Shown: positions 11,890 to 25,795 of the stretch, in pieces
Numbering within the stretch: position 1 is the stretch's first letter
How the letters are laid out: every line of letters begins with the position of its first letter
Source of the DNA: Octopus sinensis
Lineage: Eukaryota
Direction of reading: 5' to 3'
Assembly (NCBI RefSeq): GCF_006345805.1
Contig: NC_042999.1
Span: 149,668,001 to 149,732,000, forward strand
DNA length: 64,000 bases
Notes under the pieces: model-generated
Databases searched by the model: none
Told to the model about the DNA's origin: nothing
What the model saw: only the letters and a program-made list of their open reading frames with translations
Translations under genes and position numbers: made by a program

Positions 11890-11955
<66 letters not shown>
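11657..11955. repeat. Compound microsatellite (TACA)n(TA)n(GA)n(GATA)n
   Basis: Direct inspection. Confidence 0.95.
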
Positions 11956-11956
<1 letters not shown>

Positions 11957-12974
11957 GAGTTCTATTTTTAAGTAGGCATGGATCCTTGGAGTTATTATAG
12001 GAAACGAAGTGATGAGACACATAGAACAATGTGGTACTTGACTGCGTATGATACCGTAAAGTATACCGTTTCCTGTTTCGATAGCTCCTGTATTAGTAAT
12101 GTGGAGTGAAATGCATGTTTGATTGGCTGTGGTTGTTTAATCCCAAGCCATCTCCATTGAAGAAGAGATACGATCAAAAGTGTTCCTATTGCATCCGTCA
12201 CGTACACTTTTTCTTTTTTATTCTTTTTTCCCACCAGACATAATCTTTCGAATCACTTTTGTGACTCATTTTTGAAATAGTATTCATTGAAGGCGATTTC
12301 ACTGCTACTTTTCGTAGGGGCTTCTTCCGTCTTGAGGCGTTTTTTGTGATTGTAAATGATTTTCTTTAACCTCTGGCGTTCGGTGTCAACTATTTTTCGG
12401 TGTTAACTGTGTAACCATTTTTTCTCTGTATAATTATATTTTCCATGGCCAATTAACGTATAATATTGAATAATACCAAAGGCGGTTTTTAAATCTCAAC
12501 TTCAGCAATTACGACGAAGACTATACTTCGTTAATAAGATTATAATTATTTGTCGGCCATCACCACCTTGAGTTTACGTTTACTGATACTACCTGTCGGA
12601 TGGAATCTCCTGACAGAAGTGTCACCTTTTTCCTTCCTTCCGATGAAAGAAGGCAAAATTCGAGGCTTAAACTTAGAATGCAAAGAATAGGAAGAGATCT
12701 CCCACAAAGCATCTTGCCTAAACCTTAACCATCCCGCCATTCTACCGACTCGTGCTTTATTTATCGACCTCGAAAGGATAAAAAGCAAAGTTGATGTTGG
12801 CTGGATTTGAACTCAGAATTTAGGGAGTTGGAACAATTAATGCAATGCATTCTACCTGGCGCTTTAACGACTCTGTCAAATGAAAACAATACTAGTCATT
12901 AGTTAATCTCTCTCTCTCTCTCTCTCTCTCACTCTCTCTCTCTCTCTTGCCGCTTAATTGTTTTGAATTAGCAT

Positions 12975-13405
12975 TTTAAATTCTGGCACAAGACCAGCAA
13001 CTTCGGGCAAGGGGTTAAGTCAATTACATTAATATCAGTGCTCAACTGGTACTCATTTTATCGATCCCGAAAGGATGAAAGACAAAGTCGACCTCTGCCG
13101 AAGTTTAAACTCAGAATGCAAAGACGGACGAAGTTCCGCTAAGCATTTTGCCCTATGTGCTAACGATTCTTATTTCTTTATTGCCCACAAGGGGCTAAAT
13201 ATAGAGGGGACAAACAAGGACAGATAAACGGATTAAGTCGATTACATCGACTCCAGTGCGTAACTGGTACTTAATTTATCGACCCCGAAAGGATGAAAGG
13301 CAAAGTCGACCTCGGCGGAATTTGAACTCAGAACGCAGCGGCGGATGAAATACCACAAAGCATTTCGCCCGGCGTGCTAACGATTCTGCCACATCAACGC
13401 CTTAA
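12975..13405 (-). mobile_element. SINE-A with a SINE-B joined at its head
   Basis: Two cores; junction GCTAACGATTCT|TATTTCTTTATTGCCC at ~13170. Confidence 0.85.
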
Positions 13406-13939
13406 ATTCAATATTTTGTTTTAGTAATTCGCTTGGACCACCGAGTAATCTTCTACGTGATCGCTCGACCTGCTACAAATAGCAAGTAAGTCTCTCTCAA
13501 ATCACACCTTACCGTTAAAATAATGAAAGGCACACGATATTTTACTTTATGCATCGAAAACGAAGCATAGTCACACCTTGAGTATCTTTGATCAGGACTG
13601 ATTTAACAACGACTACTTAGATTTTTGATGACCTTTGTATTAGATATATGAATACTAACTTATCTTACTGCTCCTTGCTTGAAATATGCTTACACCAACA
13701 AGTATTTGCAAGTCAATCATAGGTTGTGGAAAGTTCTTTTAGTCATACGAACTATTTATCTTTAGTAATAGATTGTTCATTATCTCTCATATTGTCTACC
13801 GCCAGATGTTTCTTCTATTTAAAGTTTGTTGTTGGTGGCTATTCCCATATCTACAGACTAAAATCTCATGATGCCTTCTGTCAATTTTTTGCTGTGGTAG
13901 TGTCTCCATCATTTTCCTATTTCTATTAATGGTTGTAAC

Positions 13940-14620
13940 CAAGTTTCTAACGACAGGAGGAATTCTTCAAGGAGACACCTAAAACCCCTTTATTTTTGTG
14001 AATGTAGTAGACCACATCCTTAGGCAAAGTCTTTATTCCATTGAGCAAACGATCAAAAGAACAAAAAGCCAGCATCTCAGACCTTGACTTTACTGATCAT
14101 CTTGTCCTCTCGGCTCATCAATTGGGTGATGCGCAAGACTTAACATTCTTAAAAATGTTTCAGTCAAAGTTAGTCTATTCCTCAGTGCGCAGAAGACGAA
14201 TATAGGTCTATCAGTAAGAATGAAAGCAACCCACCAATTTGTTCCAATGACGAATTACGACCCAAAGAGGTCAGCGATTTGAAGTACCTTGGGTCCTATG
14301 TTGCCGACAGCACAAAAGACTTTCTGACCAGAGATTAGCTTGGAGGGTCTGTAACAAGCTTCAAAACATCTGACAGTCAAGTATTTCAAAAGTCAACAAG
14401 GCTGGCCTTCTACGAGGCATGTATACAGACCATTCTTCTCTATGGTGTCGAAACTTAGACTATGAAATGATTTCAAGATTGCCTTCCTTGGCATGTACAC
14501 CATGCGGGCTCATCGGGGTTCAAAACATCTCATGACAGGAACACAAGACCAGACGAAATTTATGGACATATTCTACCCATCTCTACTATTGTTGTTCAAC
14601 GCAAGGGTAGGTTATGCTGA
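13940..14620 (+). pseudogene. RTE-clade reverse transcriptase remnant
   Basis: GGILQGDT*NPFIF; ISDLDFTDHL (decayed DLDFADD); LKYLGSYV; ILLYGVET. Confidence 0.8.
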
Positions 14621-14939
14621 AACCCATATCGGGTGTTATATTTTGGAAATTTCTAACCCCTAATATAGAACAAAGACCGACCAACTACAATAATGTCATT
14701 GGCAGAAACACAAATTAAAAAACTGAGGACAATTCAAATTTAAAGGCGGGTAAAGAATTCTGGCATGGCGTGGTAAAATGTAACCTGGTTACGGTCGCTT
14801 GGGAGCGGCCAGTTTAGCTACCGCACAGGTGAGTCAACACCTCTCTACGAAACTGGATTTGGCTACTATTGCTAACAGGTCAAGCGACCTAGTTGTCTCG
14901 TGGCATACACTTCTATTCGTCTCAAACACACGTTCCTCT

Positions 14940-16044
14940 CCCCTTCTCCCTCACTCTCTTACTCCAAGTTTATATCTTTATCTTCATAGTTACATGATTT
15001 TTCTCTCATCATTAGCTCCTCTTTCTCTCCCTCTCTTTCACTACCTCATGTCCTTCTTTCTTTACTTCTCTTTGTCTCTTTCTTTCTCCCTTCCTTCTTG
15101 CCTTCCATTCTTTCTGCCTTTCTTTTCATAATTTCCTTCTTTCTCTCTTCTTCATAATTTTCGTCTCTCTTTCATAATTTTCTTTCTTTCTCTCTCCTTC
15201 TTTCTGGTTTTCTTTCTTCTTTCTTTCTTTCTTTCTTTCTCTTCTTTCTTTCTTTCTTTCGTTCTTTCTTTCTTTCTCTTTCTATCCGCCTGTCTGTCTC
15301 TCTTTTCTCCCCCACCCTTACCTCTACGCCTCCACCGTCTTGTTTCTTTTCTTCTTCTCTTCTTGTTCTTGTCTATTTATCTTAATCGTCAGCTGATCTC
15401 TCCACCACCCGCCACCTACCCCACCAGGAAATAAATTAGAGAAATTTGGTGACCCTTCATCCGGTCTGCTGAGCAACACATACACAGACACACAGACACA
15501 GGCACAAACTGTAGGAACATACACACGCACGTGCAACATACATACATACATACATACATACATACATACATACATACATACATACATACATACATACATT
15601 CATACATACATACATACATACATACATACATACATTCATACATACATACATACATACACGCACAGAACAGACATTCACACACACAGTTTTCAAACACACG
15701 CACACACACACACATGCAAACACACATACAAACACACATGCACACTCGCACGCGCACGCAAAATCGCATGCAAATTAACGGAAAACCTCGTCTTTCGCTC
15801 GGCTTGCTAGAAATAACAGCTAAATCTCTCTCAGATTACATGCACACACGATCATCTGAAATTAAGAAAGAACACACATTAGGTAACAGGCCTTACATAC
15901 TCTTGGCAAAGACGGAATGGTCAGAATTGGAGAGCCATTACTTATTGCACTGCACAATTTGGACTAACCAAGGGTTAAACGAAACATAAACGTGAAATTA
16001 TGAATATGGGTGTATACACACACACAGACTCACGCATGCATTCA

Positions 16045-16075
<31 letters not shown>

Positions 16076-16313
16076 CTATATATATATATATATATACACA
16101 CTCACGTAAAAACATACACATAAAAGAAACACGCACACAACAAACACATACACACGCACGGTAACAAACACACACACACATACAACCGCGCGCACACACT
16201 ACCGCACACATACAACCGCACACACACACAGTCGCTAAACAACCGTACACATACACACTACTACCACACACACACACGGCCGCACACACACACACAACTG
16301 CACATGCAGACAG

Positions 16314-16355
<42 letters not shown>

Positions 16356-16573
16356 CTACACTTAAACACAGCTGCACATTCACGCACACAGCCGCACACA
16401 CACTCAACCGTCACACATACAATCGTACGCTCACACACAGACACACGCACACACACACACACACACACACAACACACACACACACACCACACACACACAC
16501 GGCCGCACACACACACACACATACAACCGCGCGCACACACTACCGCACACATACAACCGTACGCTCACACACA

Positions 16574-16620
<47 letters not shown>
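14940..16620. repeat. CT-rich, (TACA)n, (TA)n and modular CA-rich simple repeats with family E fragments
   Basis: Direct inspection; recurring modules such as CATACAACCGCGCGCACACACTACCGCAC at ~16178 and ~16518. Confidence 0.9.
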
Positions 16621-16623
<3 letters not shown>

Positions 16624-17147
16624 CGCAAAACTGCTATACACATTAAAAATAAAAACGAGGAAACGTCTATGTGGTCGCTCGAACTGTTAAAAACACTAGC
16701 TAAATCTCCCTCAAATTACATACTACCATCTTAAATACGAAAGGACACACTGACCGATGTTAATGTCAAACAAGAAAAAAAAAACCAAATGATCAAAGCT
16801 GAAATAACTTTGACTACAGACGCAGACATGTCTGTCTGGCAAAATAATCTCACTTTGTAACCATGTGATTTTCGGTTCAGTCTTACCGCGTGGCAACTTC
16901 GCAAGTGTTTTCGACTATAACCCTAGTCTGGCCAAGGCCTTGTCGCGGAATTTGATGGATAAAAACTGTGTGGAAGCCCATCACATGTGTGTAGGTATGT
17001 CAGTCCGTCCCTATACATGTGACGGGCGTCCACACAGGTTCTATCCGTCAAATTCCCTCACAAGGCGTATATGTTTATCATGCATGTATGTATATATTAC
17101 TTGTTTCAATTTTGAACTTCAGCAACACTGGGGCACCGCTTGATTAT

Positions 17148-17178
<31 letters not shown>

Positions 17179-17179
17179 T

Positions 17180-17210
<31 letters not shown>

Positions 17211-17227
17211 CTATATATATATATATA

Positions 17228-17569
17228 CTGTTGTGTCTGGGGAGAGTCATTTTCTTGTTGTGCCTTATAATGTAACACACTCACCGGTAAAATTTCCACT
17301 TATTTCCTATTTTATTTTCCTAAAATTTTCGTTGCGTCTTACAACCTTTTCAATAGTTTTGAGAGTCAAGACTATATATATGTATATATATATTTCGTTT
17401 TGGGATTTGGTTTGCAAGATTCTTTATGTGAGTTCGTGTGTTGAAGCATATTCTGTTGTGTCTGGGGAGAGTGATTCCCTTTTAGTGCCTTACAATTTAA
17501 CATACTTTACCGGTGAGTGTGACAAATTATAAGGCACTAAAAGAGAATGACTCTCTCCAGACACAATAG
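17228..17569. mobile_element. 342-bp TA-flanked element with ~60-bp TIRs and an internal direct copy of the TIR
   Basis: TA|CTGTTGTGTCTGGGGAGAGTCA...TGACTCTCTCCAGACACAATAG|TA; direct copy begins at 17453. Confidence 0.8.
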
Positions 17570-17692
17570 TATATATATAGTTGATTACCCCTCTAAAATA
17601 AAAGGAGAAAAAAAACAAGAAAAAAAGACGACGCGAGGACGTGGTACATGCAAATTAATAAGACGCTCAGGAAAGGAAAGAAAGGATGTATG

Positions 17693-17796
<104 letters not shown>

Positions 17797-17802
17797 TATT
17801 CT

Positions 17803-18240
17803 TTTATTTGTTTAAGTCATTGAGTACGGCCATGCTGGAGCACTGCCTTTAGTCGAACAAATCTACCCCAGGACTTATTCTTTGTAAGCCTAGTACTTAT
17901 TCTATCGGTGGGGACTGAACCCGGAACCATGTGGTTGGTAAGGAAGCTACATACCACACAGCCACTCCTTGTGTATGTGTGTGTGTGTATGTGTATGTGT
18001 GTGTGCGTGTGTGTGTGTGGTGTGTGTGTGTGTGTGTGTGTGTGTGTCGCCGCTTGGCAACCGATGTTGGTTTCTTTGTGTACCCGTCAAATAGCGGTTT
18101 GGCTAACAGGAACTTATAAAATAAGCAGCAAACTTAAAATATGTCCTGGGGTTGATTTGATCGAGTAAAACATTTAGAGAGGTGCCCCAGCATGGTCGCA
18201 ATTCACTGAGTGGATCAAATACAAGTAGAAAAGAATAAAA
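17803..18240. mobile_element. Two SINE-D fragments in opposite orientation (17803-17968 minus, ~18045-18240 plus)
   Basis: Match to the SINE-D tail and head at 25365-25795. Confidence 0.8.
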
Positions 18241-18289
18241 AAAAAAGGTCCACTCCACCAAAGTGACCTGGGGATAAACAACATCTATA

Positions 18290-18600
18290 ACTCCCTACAT
18301 CATACACATACATAGAAATACCATAGAATATGAAGCTGTACGTGGTCCTTCAAGCCTTATTAAATTAGTAGCGAAATCTTCTGTAGATCACCCCTTTCCC
18401 ACCCGTTTTAAAAAAAGATATATTGAATGAGAAAAAAGCTTGGTCCCTTTTTTTTTATTTCTCACACATAGGGAAAAGATCAGATAGTCACGGTTGGAAT
18501 GCCTTTGATTATAGGCTTGCATGATCCTGTTGACCTTGGGTTAAACAACAACAACAACAACAACAACAACAGCTACAACAACAGCAACAACAACAACAAA
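18290..18600 (+). mobile_element. Family E repeat with (CAA)n tail
   Basis: ...GGTTGGAATGCCTTTGATTATAGG...GGGTTAAACAACAACAAC. Confidence 0.65.
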
Positions 18601-18931
18601 GCACATTCAGCACGTGATAAAAGGGGTGGGGTAGGGTATTAGTAATGAAAAAGGAACAACAATATGTGAAAGCCAACAGCAGTGTAAGATCGGTTCCGGT
18701 TTCAACAACCAATCATTTGCCGATATCTGCTGAACAATAGAATTAATCGATACTGTAGCTGCTGCTGCTGTTGCTGCTGCGTCGTAATATCCTGTATAGA
18801 GACAGCGCTCATTAAATTATCGATCTGTGTGTGTATGTGTATGTGTATGCGGATGTATGCTGTGTGTTAGGGTATTAATTGTCGTACGAGCGACACCCAT
18901 TTTGTGACTTGATGTATCATGGAGTAAATAT

Positions 18932-19011
<80 letters not shown>

Positions 19012-19029
19012 ATGTATGTGTGTGTGTGT

Positions 19030-19920
19030 GAGTTAGGTGTCATGTGATTGGATGAATGCGCATGTTTGCGAGCGCGTTTTGCATGTCTGATTTTTAAACT
19101 GTCTGTGATGTGTATTCTGTGCAGTGTGTGTGTGTGTGTGTGCGTGTGTGCATGCTTGCATGTGTTGTGCGTGCGTGTGTGTGTGTGTGTGTGTGTGTGG
19201 TGTGGTGTGTGTGTGCATGCGTGCGTGTGTGTTTATGAAGCTGGCTGAGTGTAGGCGTGTTTGCGCCTGGCTGATTGTAGGTGTACTTCTGCACGTGGCT
19301 GAGTGTAGTTGCATACACATGTGTGTATATGCGCGCACGTACGCATGTGTATGTGTGTGTGCGTGCGTGCGTGTGTGTGTGTGTGTTTGTGCGTGTGTGT
19401 GTTTGTATGTGTGACTGAAAGCCGGTGCGTTTGTATGCGTGGCTGAGTTTACGTATATCTGCGTCGGCGGAGTGCAGGTGGCTTTTGCGCGTGGCTGAGT
19501 GTTGGTTAGCTGGTGCTCGGTTAGTGCAGGTATGTTGACGAGCACAGCTGAGTGGAAGTGAGTTTGTGTGTGTGTGTGTGTGTGTGTACATGTGGGGAGG
19601 AGAGAGGTGAGTCTAGGTGTCTGTATATGGCTAAATGTAGGTGTGTTTGTGTAGCTGTGCGTAAGTGCATTTGCGTGGGTATGTCTCTACGCGAATGAGT
19701 GTAGTTATGTGTGTGTAAGCGCATGTGTAGCCGAGTCTATGTGTGCGTGAGTATGAGTGTATGAATGTAGGTATGTGTGTGTACGTGCACGTAGCTGAGA
19801 GTGAGTGGAGAATTTGTGTGCATAACTGAGTGAAGGTGTTTTGTGTGGTTGAGTATAGCTGTGTGTGTGTATGCGTAGCTGAATAGAGCTATGTTTGTGA
19901 GCGTAGATGAATTTTTATGT
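19030..19920. repeat. Degenerate TG-rich minisatellite punctuated by a (G/A)GCTGAGT motif
   Basis: GCTGAGT or close variants at ~19244, 19298, 19441, 19492, 19547, 19794 and 19826. Confidence 0.75.
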
Positions 19921-20283
19921 CGTGGCACTCCGTCGGTTGCGACGACGAGGGTTCCAGTTGATCTGCTCGTGAAATTAACGTGCAAGTGGCTGAGCACTCC
20001 ACAGACACGTGTACCCTTAGCGTAGTTCTTGGGGAGATTCAGCGTGACACAGTGTGAGACAAGGTTGGCCCCTTTGAAATACAGGTACAACAGAAACAGG
20101 AAGAAAGAGTGAGAGAAAGTTGTGGCGAAAGAGTACAGTAGAGTTCGCCTCCCCGCCCCTACTGCCGGAGCCTCGTGGTGTTTTCGCTCAATAAACACTC
20201 ACAACGCCCGGTCTGGTAATCGAAACCGCGATCCTATGACCGCGAGTCCGCTGCCCTAACCACTTGGCCATTGCGCCTCCACG
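19921..20283 (-). mobile_element. SINE-C, full length
   Basis: Head reverse complement ...CCATTGCGCCTCCAC; imperfect 10-bp TSD ATTTTTATGT (19911-19920) / ATTTATATGT (20284-20293). Confidence 0.9.
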
Positions 20284-20805
20284 ATTTATATGTACGGAGC
20301 TAAGAATAGCTGCATCTGTGTGTGTGTGTGTGTAAATGTTTAAGTATTTGTGTACAATATGAGTAAAATATGTGTATATTTGAATGTGCTATGTAGCGAG
20401 TTTATATGTTTATGTGTCATGGGAGTGAATGTGTATCTGAGTCCTCAACCCTTTTTTTCCTATGCATCCCTTTGATTCCTGTTTAATCGGGTGGACCTTC
20501 ACAGCCATTCGATGTTTTAAGAAAATCCTATTATATTTTTAGACATTAAATATTCTTTTATTCTTTTATTTGTTTCAGTCATCTAACTGCAGCTGTGGGT
20601 CACCGCCTTTAGTCGAACAAATCGACCCTAGGACTTATTCTTTGTACTTTGTATTCTAGTACTTATTCGACTTATTTTCTTTTGCTGAACCGCCAAGTTA
20701 CGGGGAAGTAAACACACCAGCATCGGTTGTCAAGCGATGGGAGGGGAGGGACAAACACGCGCACACGCACACACACACACACACACACACATACACATAC
20801 ACATA

Positions 20806-21037
20806 CAGGGTGACCCACACGTAGGTTTACAGTTATCACGGAGGCATTTTAAATTTCTTTTAAAATATTCTATTACATTTAAATTTCTATCTTACAAACC
20901 GAAAAGGGAGTTTGACAAAATTAACTAAATTAGCATAGAATAATGGTTTCATATTTTTTTAATAATTAAGATCTTAACTGTTAATATATGAGAAAGAGAT
21001 AGTTGAATAACTGTAAACCTAATTTTGGGCCACCCTG
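20806..21037. mobile_element. Tc1/mariner-type MITE, 232 bp
   Basis: TA|CAGGGTGACCCACACGTAGGTTTACAGTTAT ... ATAACTGTAAACCTAATTTTGGGCCACCCTG|TA; inserted in the CA tract of a SINE-D whose tail lies at 20555-20805. Confidence 0.92.
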
Positions 21038-21041
21038 TATG

Positions 21042-21102
<61 letters not shown>

Positions 21103-21539
21103 TAATAATAATAATAGGGAATATTATTCCAAACTTACAGGGAAAAATTCAATTTAGTAATACTAAATCAAATTTCACAATATATAATATATTTATATAA
21201 ATTAGAGAAAACCCACCTTTTATCAATTCAACAATTTTTTATCGACAGCGCATAAACACGGACGAAATGCCGCTAAGCATTTAGTCCGACGTGCTAACGA
21301 TTTCGCCGGCTCGCTGCCCTAATAAATATATAAATAAATATTTATATACAACGGGCTTCTTTCAGTTTCCGCCTACCAAATCCACTCACAAGGCTTTGGT
21401 CAGCTCGAGGCTATAGTAGAAGGCACTTGCCCAAGCTGCAACGCAGTGGGACTGAACCCGGGACCATGTGGTTGGGAAGCAAGCCTCTACCACACAGCCA
21501 GTCCTACGCCGGCATTATTAGAAATTGTATAAAAGATGT

Positions 21540-21690
21540 TAAAATATTTTGTGAATTGTAGAAGTATAAACAATTTGTTACACATGAATTTTAACAGTAA
21601 AATCTTTTATGGCCCCTTAAGGGTCATATGAGCCCCTTAAGGGTCATATGAGCCCCTAAGGGTTATATGGACCCTGGCTGAGAACCGCTG
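21540..21690. mobile_element. Right end of a hAT(Charlie)-type MITE with 20-bp tandem repeats
   Basis: Ends ...TGAGAACCGCTG (reverse complement CAGCGGTTCTCA); GCCCCTTAAGGGTCATATGA x3 at 21612-21670; left end not found. Confidence 0.55.
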
Positions 21691-22053
21691 GTGTATATGG
21701 TTGATGTATGGGTATATGAGTGTATGTGAATGTTTATGTATGCATTCTGAATGTATTTGTGTGACTGAGTGTGTGTGTCTGTGATCGAGTGTATGCGTTC
21801 GTGATTGAGTTGGATAGCTGTGGCTGAGTATATCTATGCATGATTGTGTTTGTGTGTGTTTCTATGGCTCAGTTACTCTCGCCTATACCCCTATTCTCAG
21901 ACACGCACGCGCACACACCCTTACTCAGCCACACAAACACTACCAGTGAACCACACACATAAACACTCCTATACTCAGTCATGCACACTCATTCGCGCGC
22001 GCGCAAAACACACCCACGCTCAACCACGCACACTTACATTCACACAGCTACAG

Positions 22054-22085
<32 letters not shown>

Positions 22086-22424
22086 GCAGCTTCATATGCA
22101 AACAAACTGCACCCTGTTACACTAACATACCTCTACTTAGGCTCGCACACAAATAAATCTGATCTCAACCACACACACACATACCGACGTGCACACAGGC
22201 AGACACACAAACACACCTGTAATCTGACACACAAACGCACCTGTAATCTGACACACACACACACAAACAAACGTGCATTTAGGCACGTACACAAACACGC
22301 ATACACTCAACCACGCACAAAAACCCACTCGCACTCAACCGCACTAAACCTATCTACACTCAAGCACAAACCCACACTCAAACATAACAACATCGAGTGT
22401 ATGCGTCGCTGTTTTTGTATATAT

Positions 22425-23365
22425 TTTCTATTATAGACATAAAACCTGAAATTTAGAGGGAAGGGGATCATTCGACTACATCAACCCCCGTGCACAGCTG
22501 GTACTTTTTTTATCGACTCCAAAAGGATTAAAGGTAAAGTCGAATTCGGAAGCATTTGAAGTCTGCGCATAAAGACGGACGAAATGCCGCTAGGCATTTT
22601 GTCCGGCGTACTTAACGATTTCACTGGCACGCTGCCTTAATAAAAATCCTTTCTTATTTCTTTATTGCACACAAGGGGCTAAACATAAAGGGGGACAAAC
22701 AAGGACGGACAAACGGATTAGGTCGATTATATCGACCCCAGTGCGTAACTGGTACTTAATTTATCGACCCCGAAAGGATGAAAGGCAAAGTCGACCTCGG
22801 CGGAATTTGAACTCACAACGTAACGGCAGACTAAATACCGCCTAGCATTTCATCCGACGCGCTAACGTTTCTGCCAGCTCGTCGCCTTTATTTTATTTTT
22901 TTTTTTTTTTGGCGAAATTTGAACTCAAAATTTACCTATTTCTTTACTACCTACAAGGGGGTAAACACAGAGAGGACAAACGGATTAAGTCGATTATATC
23001 GTCCCCAGTGTGTAACTGGTACTTATTTAATCGACCCCGAAAGGATGAAAGGCAAAGTCGACCTCGGCGGAATTTGAACTCAGAACGTAAAGACAGACGA
23101 AATACCGCGATGCATTTCGCCCGGGGCGCTAACGTTTCTGCCAGATCCTATAACCCTTTCTATTATAAGCGAGAAGAATTCTGTGGGGACCCCAGTACTT
23201 ACATCGACCCCGGTACTTAACTGGGGACTTTATTTTATCGACCCCAAAATACTGAAATGCAAAGTTGACCTCGGGGCAGTTTGAACTCAGGGCGTGAAGA
23301 GTCGGAGTAAATGCTACTAAGCATTTTGTCCGACGCGCTAGCGATTCTGCCAGCTCGCCGCCGTT
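22425..23365 (-). mobile_element. Cluster of four SINE-A/B copies (A 22425-22640, B 22655-22890, B 22909-23145, A 23190-23365)
   Basis: Four cores, all on the minus strand. Confidence 0.9.
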
Positions 23366-23589
23366 GTTTGTTGTCTTAATGTATGAGTTAATGTGTATTC
23401 GTCGTTATTGTAGTCGTTCCTGTATATTCTCAGGTCAACTTCGGTCGAGCTGACCTATCATCAAAGGCGTTCTAATTGTGACCACCGCGTCCATTTGTAG
23501 ACTAGAGGCAACATTGAAAGTATCCCTCTTTATTTACGAAATTAAGGTGTTCTTAACAGAGAGATTTGTTATTTCTCACAGGTCATGTC

Positions 23590-23810
23590 GATTCACCTGT
23601 GCATTTGTTTTCCGAGTGTGTGTGTATGAATGTCTGTGTGTGTGTGCGTGTGTGTGGCGTATGCGTGCGTGTACGCGCGTCTGCAGAAAAGGTGTGTGTG
23701 TGTGTGTGTGTGTGTCTATTACTGAGGGTAAATGTGAGTGTGCTGTGTGTGTGTGTCTGCAGGTAAATGAATATGTGTATGTGTGTTTGAGTAGTGTATC
23801 TCATAATGCA

Positions 23811-23869
<59 letters not shown>

Positions 23870-24413
23870 TACTGAGGGTAAATGTGCATGTGTGTATGTG
23901 ACTGCAATGTGTAATAATGTCAGTGTGTTTATGTATGTGTTTATATGTGAGCAATGTGAATGTGTATCATTGACGAAAGTATATGCGTGTGTAATTGTGT
24001 GTGTGTGTGTGTGTCTGCAGATATGTGTGTGTGTGTGTGTGTGTGTGTCTGCAGATATGTGTGTGTGTCTGCAGATATGTGTGTGTGTGTGTGTGTGATA
24101 ATGTATGTGTGTCTGAAAATATATGAACACGTGCTTTTGAGTAATGTATTTATGTGTATGCGTGTGTATGTGAATGAGCGTGTGTGAGAACTTATGTGTG
24201 TGAATATATGTGTGTGTGTGTGTGTGTTTGAGTAACGTATATCTGCGCTATTGAGTAATTTGTGTCTGTGTGTGTATGTGTGCGTGAATTATGTGGTGTT
24301 TGTATGTGTGTGTGATTATGTGTGTGTGTCATTGAATAATGAATATGTTTGTACATTGGTATCTATGATGGGGTGTGTGTAATTATGTGCTGGAGATTAT
24401 ATGTGTGAGCGTA

Positions 24414-24449
<36 letters not shown>

Positions 24450-24876
24450 GGTGTGGTTGAATATCGTCATGGTTTAAGTAATGTGTATGTATGCGTCAGT
24501 ATGTATGTGTGATGTGAGCGAGTGTATGTGTGTGTATACCTATATATGTGTAATGTCTGTATCTAAGCATGTGTGTGTATGTGTATATTGTTTGTGCATG
24601 TGTGCGTGTCTACATGTATGTTTAAAATCATTGCGTATGTATGTATGTATGTAAGTGTCTGTCTGTATGCATGTATGTATGCATGTATGTGTACATGTAT
24701 GTATGACGCGGTTGAGTGTGTATATATGCAGGAGTGATATATATGCGTGTGTCTGTATAAGTGTGAAGTGTGTGTGTGTGTGTGTGTGACTATGGAATAT
24801 ATTGGTGAACACAGGTATATGTGTAAGTATATATATATATATGTATGTGTGCATAAGTGATATAACTGAATGTATG

Positions 24877-24908
<32 letters not shown>

Positions 24909-25036
24909 GTGTGTGTGTGTGTGTGTCGATATGAGTAAGATGGAAGTGGCTGAGTATGTGTATGAGTGTATGTGTATGTGTGTGTGTATGAATGATATCG
25001 ATGAGTGTACATGTATTTGTATGTGTGCGTGCATGT

Positions 25037-25076
<40 letters not shown>

Positions 25077-25130
25077 ATGTGAGTATGAGTGATGTCTGAG
25101 TATACGTATCTGTGTGTATGTGTGTTACAG
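23590..25130. repeat. Long degenerate TG-rich simple repeat with local modules
   Basis: TATTACTGAGGGTAAATGTG x2; GTCTGCAGATATGTG x3. Confidence 0.9.
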
Positions 25131-25364
25131 CTGTATTCACATCCCACGCATTTTATTTCGTCTGAGCCCCTACCACCACCAACACCACCACAACACAACG
25201 ATCGCTACAAACACAATGTGGTCGCAAGACATGCTAGAAATAGCAGCCAAATACCCCCCTGTCTCACTCGGAAGCCGGAAAAAAAACCTTAGAAAATGTA
25301 GTCCGTGGTGTATAATGCCTGAAAAAGAAATTTTTGAAAATAAAAAGAAAACGATATTTTATCT

Positions 25365-25564
25365 TTTATATCTTTTACTTGTTTCAGTCATTTGACTGCG
25401 GTCATGCTGGGGCACCCCCTTGAAGAAATTTTAGATGAATGAATCAACCCCAGCGCTTATTGTTTTCCAAGTCTGGTACTTATTATATCGGTCTTTTTTG
25501 TGAAACGCTAAGTTACGTGAACGTAAATCCGGCAACACTGGTCGTCAAGCGGTATCAGGAGACA

Positions 25565-25603
<39 letters not shown>

Positions 25604-25795
25604 TCACACACGCACACAAACACACACATGTTTACGACGAGCTTCTTTCAGTTTCCGTTTACCAAATCCACTGCTAAGGCTTTGGTAAGTTCGAGGCTAT
25701 GATAGGGGACGCTTGCCCAAGGTGCCACACAGTGGGACTGAACCCGGAACCATGTGGTTGGGAAGCAAACTTCTTACCGTACAGTCACTCCTGCA
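25365..25795 (-). mobile_element. SINE-D, near full length
   Basis: Tail, internal (CA)n and head with CORE-like CTTGGGCAAG are all present. Confidence 0.9.
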
